Shown here: one piece after another, positions 10,672 to 18,576 of the stretch
How the letters are laid out: the number at the start of each line of letters is the position of its first letter
How positions within the stretch are numbered: the stretch's first letter is position 1
Source: a virus
Strand: one strand, 5' to 3'
Length of the DNA stretch: 64,000 bases
Virus record (IMG/VR): IMGVR_UViG_3300046542_000086
Coordinates: 17,696-81,695 of that record
Position numbers and translations under genes: made by a program
Notes under the pieces: model-generated
The model's input: the letters and a program-made list of their open reading frames with translations, nothing else
Told to the model about the DNA's origin: nothing
Database searches by the model: none

Positions 10672-11528
10672 GCCGATTAGCCGATACGATCCTTGATAAC
10701 AAGGCGTACAACCAGTACGGTCGTCAGGCCATGGTTGACATCCGTAAGGGTGGTCAGAATGGTGTAGCACCAGATTTCTCGACGTATGTCAGCAACGCTG
10801 CGTACGTTCGCCGGAACCTGATCGCGATCTTGATCGAGGCCCCTCGGGGCTTCCAAGATCTCGAGAACCCGGACTACTGGGTTTCGACCCTGAAGAACCT
10901 GGTTGAGCTGGCACCGAAGTCCATTGAAGGTCTCGTACAGACCCTCAGCGTTGAGCACATCGAAAACCCATTCGGTGGCGCTGGTGAGATGCAACAAGAC
11001 ATCTCCAACGTTACCCGTGCTCGTTCGAGCCCGTCGTTCACCTGGACCGAGAAATACGGTAAGTCGGTAGCGACATTCCTGAACGGTTGGGTACTCAACC
11101 TGATCATGGACCCAGAAACCAAGTACCCTCGTGTGGTCAACAACGCTGAAAAGCCGACTGACCTGCTGCCGGATTACACTGGCATGACGGTACTGTTCCT
11201 GGAGCCAGATCCAACTGGCACCAAGGTGATCACCGCATGGCTGTCTACCAACATGCGTCCAAACAGCAACGTAGCTGAAATCACGGGTAACCGTGACGTA
11301 ACTGCCGCGCTACAAGGTCAGGACTACAGCGTGGAGTTCACTGCTCTGACTCAGGTCGGTGAAGGCGTAAATACCTTCGCTCAAGAGCTGCTGGACAACA
11401 TGACTCTGACTGGTGCTAACCCTAACCTGCAAGAAGCGTTCGTTCGAGAAATCGACGCCGACGTTAAAGCCGGTGAATCGGGTTACGCCGAACAGATCAA
11501 CAAGATGGCCTCCTCGGCGATCTCGTAA
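10668..11528 (+). CDS. tail tube protein (phiKZ gp30-like)
   Basis: 286 aa, ATGA-coupled to the sheath gene; motifs YVRRNLIAILIEAPRGF and EPDPT. Confidence 0.85.
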   Translation: MSRLADTILDNKAYNQYGRQAMVDIRKGGQNGVAPDFSTYVSNAAYVRRNLIAILIEAPRGFQDLENPDYWVSTLKNLVELAPKSIEGLVQTLSVEHIENPFGGAGEMQQDISNVTRARSSPSFTWTEKYGKSVATFLNGWVLNLIMDPETKYPRVVNNAEKPTDLLPDYTGMTVLFLEPDPTGTKVITAWLSTNMRPNSNVAEITGNRDVTAALQGQDYSVEFTALTQVGEGVNTFAQELLDNMTLTGANPNLQEAFVREIDADVKAGESGYAEQINKMASSAIS

Positions 11529-11538
11529 GTCTGGTATT

Positions 11539-11572
11539 AAAGCGGGGGCCTTCGGGCTTCCGCTTTATGCCG
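11539..11572 (+). terminator. intrinsic terminator after sheath-tube operon
   Basis: AAAGCGGGGGCC-TTCG-GGCTTCCGCTTT-ATGCCG. Confidence 0.85.
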
Positions 11573-11612
11573 TATCTAATGAATAAACCTAACCCAATAA
11601 GGATTTGGCAAC

Positions 11613-12884
11613 ATGGCCCTTAATGAATACTTTGAAGAACCCCCAGTAGCCAAGAGCGCACTGGATAGCTACGATGCTCTGCGTGTGGTGGCCCGTGACC
11701 GTCAGGTTGATCCATTCGTACATGACGACAACCTCGATGCTTTGGCTGATGACGTGGACACTTTCGTGGCTAGCGTTGAGTCGATCATTGACTCAGGTCA
11801 GTGCAGTAAAGGTACAGCGGCCATGGTGTACGCCTCGCTGGAAAGCATCTCCACGCGCATGGGGATCGTTCTGGAACTGCCATCGCTGGAGTCGGATGAC
11901 CATAGTCCTGAAGACATCCACACGATCGCTATGGAAGCTTTCACTGACATCCTCGGTCGTATCATCCAGGGTTACGTGAACAAGTACAAGACGATGTTCG
12001 CTGGTCTGATCATCCTCTTCCGTGGCCGTGCTAAGTTGGCACAGCGTCACAAGCGCCGCATTGGTGAATACCGCCAAGAGTGGAAAGACAAGGGTGACGA
12101 AATCTTCCAGATCCGTCAAACCGGTAGCGCTCTGGGTCTGATGACTCAGCAAGTGTTCTATGCGAACAACCGCGTAGTAACCGACCCGTTTGCCCAACTG
12201 TCTCACGACATGGTGTTCTACCGCTGGTTCTTTGGTCCTTACTCGCGCAGTCTGGAACAAGCAGCCAACACGGTAGGTCAGACGTTCAAGTCTACCCGAA
12301 TCAATTCGGACAAAGACATTGAAACCTTGGCTGGCAAGATCGTCAAGCTCAAGCGTCCAGCACAACTGTTCGATCAGAAGTACCTGAACAAAGGTCCGAT
12401 CCTGATGAAGAACGTAGGCTTTACGGTAAAGACCAGTAAAGCTCCTCGTCCTGCTGGTCGTGGACCTGTCTTCGATCGTCTGGCTGAAATCTCCGGTAAA
12501 GAGCTGGTCTACCCAACTGCCAAAGTGTTGAAGCTAGCCTTCGACCCTAGCCAGATCTGGAAAGACGTCCACATCAAAACGGCTGACGTCGTGAAGTACC
12601 TGGACATGTGCGACGAGGCCTGTGACATCATCATCGACTACGTCGAGCGTATGAAGATCCACACTGCGCCGTACTGGAACATGGTTGACGACATGAAGCA
12701 GGCTGCTGATGCTGTTGACGGTCTGTCCAACACCAGCAAACGTGCCTTGAAGCAAGCGATTGGTTTCGGCGACTCGATCCGGTACCAGCACTTCTTCTTG
12801 GTCAAACAGATGTCGATGGTGCTTAACGATGTGTCTATCGGGTGCACGTACTTCATCTCGCGTTTGATTGCTCGTTCGAAATGA
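11613..12884 (+). CDS. probable internal head (ejection) protein with protease-cleaved propeptide
   Basis: Acidic N-terminal ~110 aa with several S/A-x-E sites (SVE, SLE, SLE, AME) matching the phiKZ gp175 cleavage consensus, then a basic mature domain. Confidence 0.65.
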   Translation: MALNEYFEEPPVAKSALDSYDALRVVARDRQVDPFVHDDNLDALADDVDTFVASVESIIDSGQCSKGTAAMVYASLESISTRMGIVLELPSLESDDHSPEDIHTIAMEAFTDILGRIIQGYVNKYKTMFAGLIILFRGRAKLAQRHKRRIGEYRQEWKDKGDEIFQIRQTGSALGLMTQQVFYANNRVVTDPFAQLSHDMVFYRWFFGPYSRSLEQAANTVGQTFKSTRINSDKDIETLAGKIVKLKRPAQLFDQKYLNKGPILMKNVGFTVKTSKAPRPAGRGPVFDRLAEISGKELVYPTAKVLKLAFDPSQIWKDVHIKTADVVKYLDMCDEACDIIIDYVERMKIHTAPYWNMVDDMKQAADAVDGLSNTSKRALKQAIGFGDSIRYQHFFLVKQMSMVLNDVSIGCTYFISRLIARSK

Positions 12885-12885
12885 C

Positions 12886-12934
12886 GGCATAAAGACCAAA
12901 AAAAAGGAGGGCCCGAAAGCCCTCCTTTTATGCC
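12886..12934. terminator. bidirectional terminator
   Basis: GGCATAAAG...AAAAGGAGGGC-ccgaaa-GCCCTCCTTTT-ATGCCG between convergent genes. Confidence 0.85.
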
Positions 12935-13314
12935 GCCTTACGTAGACGGTGTCCTAACACCAACTCGTGTACAAGGTAGAATAGCTCTAGTTCAACAAGA
13001 TACTCTTTGTCCAATGACCATGGTCTGATGTAGTTGTTCTTAAGGGAGTAATCGTAGAACTGTTGGTAGCACTGAGCCTTCTCAGGCCAGCGATCACTGA
13101 ATGCCAAACACCACTGGAAGTAGAACACCACCAACGGATTGTTCCCACAGACTTGATGCACCCTCATGGGTCGTAGTTCTTTATGGAACTCTGCCACTAA
13201 GGAGTTGAACTCCTTGTGTTCGGTATCTGTACGTCCCCGCAGATCAACCGAATCGTAAAGGATCACCCCATCCATTACAGCAACCAACATTGTTCTGTAG
13301 CGATCAACGTCCAT
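12928..13314 (-). CDS. hypothetical protein
   Basis: 128-aa ORF with G-rich RBS. Confidence 0.65.
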   Translation of the reverse strand: MDVDRYRTMLVAVMDGVILYDSVDLRGRTDTEHKEFNSLVAEFHKELRPMRVHQVCGNNPLVVFYFQWCLAFSDRWPEKAQCYQQFYDYSLKNNYIRPWSLDKEYLVELELFYLVHELVLGHRLRKAA

Positions 13315-13352
13315 GCCCCAACCCCTAACATAGCCTCAATTATACAGTAGGC

Positions 13353-13709
13353 TTAGATTTCACCCATGTACACGCAGTCAAGACCCTTCTCGACAGCGTA
13401 AGCTTGAATCTTCAGCACACACAAGTGACGATGACAGAATACCCCAGCTCGACACATACAGGCTATGGCTACCTTACCGTGTTCAAAGAGCGCAGCCCAT
13501 TCTTCGGGACTGGTCTCTTGGGACTGGTTCAGGATGTCGTTGTAGAGTTCTGCGTATTCGTCTTGCGACATGCTCCCGTACTTGTAGGAATGTACCATCC
13601 ACTTGGTAGGGGAGAAGGCTGTTTCTTTTTTGAAGGTGGTGTCCACAAAGTGAATACCCAGTGGTGCACAGCGTCGCCACTGACCCATTTGGATTGTATA
13701 CAGTTCCAT
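13353..13709 (-). CDS. DUF488-like protein
   Basis: N-terminal LYT motif, SPT motif, C-terminal ACMC...FCHRHL typical of DUF488-type proteins. Confidence 0.6.
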   Translation of the reverse strand: MELYTIQMGQWRRCAPLGIHFVDTTFKKETAFSPTKWMVHSYKYGSMSQDEYAELYNDILNQSQETSPEEWAALFEHGKVAIACMCRAGVFCHRHLCVLKIQAYAVEKGLDCVYMGEI

Positions 13710-13737
13710 TTCGACCTCAACAAAAAAATAAGACTCA

Positions 13738-13772
13738 GCATAAAAGCGGTAGGGTTGGCCCCTACCGCTTTC
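13738..13772 (-). terminator. intrinsic terminator
   Basis: Minus strand AAAGCGGTAGGGG-ccaa-CCCTACCGCTTTT-ATGC. Confidence 0.8.
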
Positions 13773-13784
13773 ACACTTTAGTAC

Positions 13785-14660
13785 TTAGGCCTTGGCCAGA
13801 GCTTCAGCAGCACGCTTGTTGATGCCGTCGCGGACTTTCTTCAGCGAACCCTTGTTCGCATGAGCGTTAACGCCGTACTTCATGTTGACGATGCCGTACT
13901 TGACGACGGTCGCGTTTGGATCACGCACTTCGCCTTCTTTCGGGATGCCGCCAGCTGGGTACTCTTTCGAGCGCTGGATGGTGCCGGCCAGGGAGTCACT
14001 GCCGCAGCCGAATTCGACGCTCAGTTGTTCCAGCTTGTCGTCAGCCTGGAACGCCGGGATCGCGATGTTTGCCAGAGCTTCAGCAGTACCGGCAACCAGG
14101 TCGCTGGTGTGGTCCTGGTAAACCTTGACGAGTTCCGGGGTCAGGGTTTCAGGCAGCAGCTTGGTGTACAGATCGCTGCTGACTTCGACGATGCCCGCTT
14201 CACCGATTTTCATTTCGGCTTGGATAGCTGCGGCCAGGTCCAGAACGTTCTTTTTGATGTCGCTCATTGCACGATTTCCTTGCGGTTGATTTGGTGTATC
14301 TGAATTTTGAGGGGTAACTACATACTCTTGTTCATCACAGTAATCTTTTACTGATAGATTATCGAGCGGTGTAGCGTTGACTAAGGCTCCAACAACGACT
14401 TTATCAATGATCGCTTTGATCTCGTCGGCGTCGAGTTCCCTAGGTTCAGGGTACGTAACCCTGATTACATCTGCCATCTCTGTGACGATCTCGAGTTGAT
14501 TGTCACTATCGATGTTGTCGAACCAGCCGTCAAAGCCTCCACGACAGCTTAGGTTAAACAGGATGTCCTTTGCTGCTTGGTTAGCTGGATCAGAGAGATC
14601 GAGTTTAGTGAAGGGATCTCCATCATCCTCGTCCTCATCCAGATCGTAATTAGACATCAC
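13785..14660 (-). CDS. hypothetical protein with a probable internal in-frame start at 14267 (160-aa highly expressed product)
   Basis: GGAG RBS before 14660/14657; AAGGA RBS before MSDIKKNV at 14267; codon bias becomes markedly stronger after 14267. Confidence 0.7.
   Translation of the reverse strand: MMSNYDLDEDEDDGDPFTKLDLSDPANQAAKDILFNLSCRGGFDGWFDNIDSDNQLEIVTEMADVIRVTYPEPRELDADEIKAIIDKVVVGALVNATPLDNLSVKDYCDEQEYVVTPQNSDTPNQPQGNRAMSDIKKNVLDLAAAIQAEMKIGEAGIVEVSSDLYTKLLPETLTPELVKVYQDHTSDLVAGTAEALANIAIPAFQADDKLEQLSVEFGCGSDSLAGTIQRSKEYPAGGIPKEGEVRDPNATVVKYGIVNMKYGVNAHANKGSLKKVRDGINKRAAEALAKA
14321..14348 (-). promoter_or_regulatory. candidate middle/late promoter inside the ORF (AAAGATTAC...TATG)
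   Basis: Matches the phiKZ middle consensus AAanntTAC about 24 nt upstream of a TATG start motif. Confidence 0.5.
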
Positions 14661-14695
14661 ACGACTCCATAGACAATGGATTCAGCTAGTTATTG

Positions 14696-14720
14696 CACTT
14701 AGGTAATATGTGTCTCAAAT
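14696..14720 (-). promoter_or_regulatory. early (virion RNAP) promoter
   Basis: ATTTGAGACACATATTACCTAAGTG aligns with copies at 15843 and 41758; phiKZ early consensus is TATATTAC. Confidence 0.6.
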
Positions 14721-15037
14721 CTATTTGGATCAAGTCTTTCGAATACGGTTACGCTAGCAGCCTCCAGTAGCTTAGGCTCAGGTCGTTCTACCTCAAAGGT
14801 GTAAGGTAGTTCAACCCGCTTCCAAGGAACTGTTAGCTGGCCGCTCTTGTGGACATTCAATAGCAAGCGTTCTCTAGCGAGGATCACCCGGTTGTCGCTG
14901 AGGGTAATCTTAAGATTGTGCTTGATCCGTTTGTACTTACCACCGAGGATGTTCGTAATCCCAACCACCACAGCATCGAGGTGGATGATCCGATCGAGGA
15001 CCTGTAGCTGATAAGGGTTCACAGTGACCCGACTCAT
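14699..15037 (-). CDS. hypothetical early protein
   Basis: 112 aa, TGATG-coupled to the upstream gene. Confidence 0.65.
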   Translation of the reverse strand: MSRVTVNPYQLQVLDRIIHLDAVVVGITNILGGKYKRIKHNLKITLSDNRVILARERLLLNVHKSGQLTVPWKRVELPYTFEVERPEPKLLEAASVTVFERLDPNRFETHIT

Positions 15038-15408
15038 CAGTCCTTCATCCCGTAGTACTTAGTCCGAGGAAAAGCACCGCACAATGCCGAGCGTGCCTGT
15101 GTAGCCCGCTTAACAATCATCACCTCTTTACCAATGTCCTCAGTGGACACAGGGTCGATCTTGTTGTCGCAGCGAACCAACGTGCCGAGAGTAGGGAAGA
15201 TGAAAGCAGTGCGCTTAGACTCAACCTCCTCCAGACGAATCCGTTCGATAGTGTAAGGGACCTCATCCGTCCACATACCTGCCGCATTCACCGTACCACT
15301 GAAACCCGGTGGATAGCCAAAGCCACGTTCTTTAACGCACACGTCGTACTCAACCAACATGTCACCAACCCGCAGGTTGTTCAGAACCATGCTTTCAAGC
15401 TCAACCAT
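15037..15408 (-). CDS. hypothetical early protein
   Basis: Start MVELESM after a GGAG RBS; part of an overlapping operon. Confidence 0.65.
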   Translation of the reverse strand: MVELESMVLNNLRVGDMLVEYDVCVKERGFGYPPGFSGTVNAAGMWTDEVPYTIERIRLEEVESKRTAFIFPTLGTLVRCDNKIDPVSTEDIGKEVMIVKRATQARSALCGAFPRTKYYGMKD

Positions 15409-15595
15409 TTTTAGCACTCCACATTAGTAGACCACCAAGACCACGCCGAATCGGCTTACAGACTACCACCAGTAACAGGAACACAATCTGAAGAGCAGTG
15501 ATCACCAGACTGAGTTTCAGGAAGATCAGACAGAACAGATCCACCGCTAGGAAACCCAGCAAGCAGATCAGTAGGAATTTCTTAATTGCTTTCAT
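15401..15595 (-). CDS. small membrane protein (2 predicted TM helices)
   Basis: MKAIKKFLLICLLGFLAVDLFCLIFLKLSLVITALQIVFLLLVVVC; ATGA overlap with the upstream gene. Confidence 0.65.
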   Translation of the reverse strand: MKAIKKFLLICLLGFLAVDLFCLIFLKLSLVITALQIVFLLLVVVCKPIRRGLGGLLMWSAKNG

Positions 15596-15792
15596 CGCCG
15601 TTGATACCACCGATAGGTTTTCAGCACAGCCAAGCCTAGGGTCAAGATGAACACAAAGAAGATCTGTGCGTAGAAGATGGCATCTTCAGTTGAGAAGAAC
15701 TGCATCAGCACCACGATGGTGAGGAGGTACGCAATGGAACAACCAATCAAGTACCAAGCCTTGGGGGTAATGCTTCGGATATATGCTTTCAC
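15592..15792 (-). CDS. small membrane protein (2 predicted TM helices)
   Basis: Two hydrophobic stretches; first gene after an early promoter; AAGG RBS, GTG start. Confidence 0.65.
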   Translation of the reverse strand: MKAYIRSITPKAWYLIGCSIAYLLTIVVLMQFFSTEDAIFYAQIFFVFILTLGLAVLKTYRWYQRR

Positions 15793-15842
15793 GGTAAGTC
15801 TACCTTTTGATTAAAAGACTATGCTACAACTTTGTAGTTCAT

Positions 15843-15867
15843 CACCTAAGTAATATAGGTTTGAAAT
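15843..15867 (-). promoter_or_regulatory. early (virion RNAP) promoter
   Basis: ATTTCAAACCTATATTACTTAGGTG with exact TATATTAC and an AT-rich upstream region. Confidence 0.75.
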
Positions 15868-15893
15868 TTATTTCAACAGAACTCGATTTAAAG

Positions 15894-15936
15894 GGCATAA
15901 AAGCCCCAAGGGCTACACACCCTTGGGGTCTTATGC
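15894..15936. terminator. hairpin terminator
   Basis: GGCATAAAA-GCCCCAAGGG-ctacac-ACCCTTGGGGTC-TTATGC. Confidence 0.75.
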
Positions 15937-15943
15937 GATCGTG

Positions 15944-16657
15944 TCACCAGCGAGCGCTGGGAGGCTCCTGATGGGACAGGAGGTCTGCTGTTTGGCCTTT
16001 GATCTTCTTCCACTCAGTCGAGGTCAGTTGGCGAAGGTTTGACACTTCCCCTTTGTTCCAACCCTCTACCATACGAGCGTATTCCAACGTCCAGAACCCC
16101 TCAGTCAGAATGATGTCATCCATCACTCGAACCACAGCACCCTTACTCACCTCGAAGAACATCTCGATAGCTTTCTGGTACTTGTCGTTGAGTTGCCTTA
16201 CGTAGATCGACCGGTAGAAATACTTACCGATGATCTCGGCTGGGTATTGCCACTTGTTGTCAGCGTAAGGAACCAACCACCGCTCATCAGTGTAGTCAGC
16301 ATCAAACAAGATCTTGACGGACGGTTTGACGTTCACCTCGTTGCGGAAACCGTAGATGTACCAACCATCACGCCACTTCTTGTTATAGCGACCCTCTTCC
16401 CAATCGATGCGATCCTGTTGATAACCCAAGATGCAACCGATGATTGTTGGCGCTGTACTGATTCGAGGAACAGAACGATCCTCGTGCTTGGCAGAACGTT
16501 GGGTCAACTGAGGGACAAACTTCTTAATCCCAGGGTTAACGGAGATGTGATACAGAAACTCCTGACCCGTCTCTTCTGGCGACACTACCTTGCAGTTCTT
16601 ACCCACACCGTTCTTGAAGGAATCAATGTAGGTCTGGCAGTCTTCGACGTCGCTCAT
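15944..16657 (-). CDS. hypothetical protein, possible ADP-ribosyltransferase-fold head protein
   Basis: Motif order LYHIS...FVP...PRISTAP...TDERWL suggests an ART-like fold; C-terminus PPSARW is identical to that of the prohead protease. Confidence 0.45.
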   Translation of the reverse strand: MSDVEDCQTYIDSFKNGVGKNCKVVSPEETGQEFLYHISVNPGIKKFVPQLTQRSAKHEDRSVPRISTAPTIIGCILGYQQDRIDWEEGRYNKKWRDGWYIYGFRNEVNVKPSVKILFDADYTDERWLVPYADNKWQYPAEIIGKYFYRSIYVRQLNDKYQKAIEMFFEVSKGAVVRVMDDIILTEGFWTLEYARMVEGWNKGEVSNLRQLTSTEWKKIKGQTADLLSHQEPPSARW

Positions 16658-16667
16658 TGTTCCTCCC

Positions 16668-17063
16668 CTAATCTTTCAAATACTGCACCAACACTTCCTC
16701 ATCGTCCTTGATAGACTTTGCGGTAGCGTAGAACCCAGCCTTTGTGAAGGCGTGGATACTCGGTTGGTTCGTTGGGTTGATATAAGAACGACCCCGACGA
16801 TGCTTGAAGAACTCTACAAGCCACTTACCCCCAAACCCTTTACCGCGTTCTTTCGCAGTAATGAAGATAGGGCCAGAGCGCCAGCGTCCGTCGCTTTCCT
16901 TTCGAGGGATCGCAAACCCAATCAACTCACGCCCTGAATAGATCGGGACAATGTCTTTAGGGTTCTTGTGTAACGCGATGTCCCCAAGGTAAGGATCGTG
17001 GGTCGACTCATTGAGCAACTCGATCATCCCTTTCGGAAGCTTGGAATAGTCAGGGTTACTCAT
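16668..17063 (-). CDS. GNAT-family acetyltransferase
   Basis: Motif A IFITAKERGKGFGGKWL and motif B NQPSIHAFTKAGF; start MSNPDY at 17063. Confidence 0.75.
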   Translation of the reverse strand: MSNPDYSKLPKGMIELLNESTHDPYLGDIALHKNPKDIVPIYSGRELIGFAIPRKESDGRWRSGPIFITAKERGKGFGGKWLVEFFKHRRGRSYINPTNQPSIHAFTKAGFYATAKSIKDDEEVLVQYLKD

Positions 17064-17067
17064 TAAA

Positions 17068-17829
17068 TCACCAACGGGCAGAAGGAGGGAGAACCAAACC
17101 AGCAGGGCCAGTTTTCTTCCAACCGAAGTCAACGAAGATCGTGCCGCTAGACACCCCGTTGTCTTCCATCGACACGCCTTCACCTACACCACCGTCCAGA
17201 CCTTCAACGTGCTCACGGGTGAACTCAGCTTCTTGGAAGGATTCCAACGACGGAGAGTGCCACTTGCGAGCAATGTCAATGCCAGGCTCGTTCACGTAGT
17301 CCCAGGTGACGATTGTGCGGATGTGCTTGACCAGACGTCCGCCTTCGATCTTGTCGTCCGTCAGCGAGCGTACAGAGAAGCACACGCTTTCGTTCGGGTT
17401 CTCCATCGATTCGCCCAGTGACTGACCTTTAGGACCAGACGGCTTGACGTGTCCGATGACAGCAACCACACGATTACCCGACTTGTCTTTGATCGTGTCC
17501 TTCTCGATGCGTACATCTTTGAAGTGGCAGCAGACGTTGTCTTCGTAGATCGTTGACACACGACGCAAGAAGCTGCGCATGTCTTGACCCGGTAGTTGTT
17601 TCGGGTGACCGTACTCGCCACGACAAGCACCGGTCTCGATACGACGCATCAGGTTCGAGGATTGCTCGAACAGTGACTGTGCCGACTTCAGCGGATAGAA
17701 AGCACCACCGCTGTTGTAGGTGTCTAGTCCACCCAGAACGAATTCGTAGTAGCCCGAACTGTCTGGGGTCATCTTGCCTACTTTGTTAGTGCCGAGCAAC
17801 GCGACACAACCATAACTCACACGTTCCAT
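17068..17829 (-). CDS. prohead (head maturation) protease (phiKZ gp175-like)
   Basis: GEYGHP (catalytic His), FSVRS (catalytic Ser), TWDYVNEPG, followed by SLE/SME autocleavage sites. Confidence 0.88.
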   Translation of the reverse strand: MERVSYGCVALLGTNKVGKMTPDSSGYYEFVLGGLDTYNSGGAFYPLKSAQSLFEQSSNLMRRIETGACRGEYGHPKQLPGQDMRSFLRRVSTIYEDNVCCHFKDVRIEKDTIKDKSGNRVVAVIGHVKPSGPKGQSLGESMENPNESVCFSVRSLTDDKIEGGRLVKHIRTIVTWDYVNEPGIDIARKWHSPSLESFQEAEFTREHVEGLDGGVGEGVSMEDNGVSSGTIFVDFGWKKTGPAGLVLPPSARW

Positions 17830-17839
17830 AATGGCACCA

Positions 17840-18565
17840 TTACCTTCTCAAGAGTCCTTCAATGGGCTCTACTGTATCGGAAGGATTCACCAAAGCCGAA
17901 GTGAGACCCTCTTCCCAATAAGCACCCACCAGTTTTGCTGTAGTGTTACTTGCACCGTACGTCACCGAACGCAGAGGGATATAAAACGCAGGGACAGTCC
18001 CCAAGTCTTTCTCCATCTTAACCGCATGGCGATAGAACATTGACCGATCCGCAGACAGACGACTGATCGCAGCGATGATCATCTCCACGATGGCGAAGTT
18101 AGCACCCACTGACACACCAGCATGTTTCGGTGCACTCTCGAAGATCCGCCCCAAGTCCTCGTAAGACATAAACCAAGGAACGTGTCCCTTAGCAATGATC
18201 TCTGAGTACACTCGGTAGATGAACGTGTCTCGCTTAACCAAGTTGGTGTCAGCAATAACCACGCTACCAGGCTCGAAAACAAACTCAAGGTAGTCTTCGT
18301 CTTCGATCTTGATGTAGTTCGTGCTTGTGGGTTCAATACGCATCATGGCGTTGACCAACGACACACCGTAGTAAGTGTCGTCGACCGTGATTGCAAAGAT
18401 ACCAGAGATGCTAGTCTCAGTACCTAAGAACGCCATCTGTTGTTCAGTAAAACGGGCAGGGACGTAGATCTTACATCCCTTGGTAGTTACCAGTGTCCCG
18501 TCTTCCATCTCCCGCAGATACGCATGAACCTTCGAAGGATCGCGTTTGAGCTTTCTCGGGTCCAT
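17840..18565 (-). CDS. conserved phiKZ-like protein (gp176-like)
   Basis: 241 aa; synteny between the protease and vRNAP genes. Confidence 0.65.
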   Translation of the reverse strand: MDPRKLKRDPSKVHAYLREMEDGTLVTTKGCKIYVPARFTEQQMAFLGTETSISGIFAITVDDTYYGVSLVNAMMRIEPTSTNYIKIEDEDYLEFVFEPGSVVIADTNLVKRDTFIYRVYSEIIAKGHVPWFMSYEDLGRIFESAPKHAGVSVGANFAIVEMIIAAISRLSADRSMFYRHAVKMEKDLGTVPAFYIPLRSVTYGASNTTAKLVGAYWEEGLTSALVNPSDTVEPIEGLLRR

Positions 18566-18576
18566 TAGTCAGTTCC

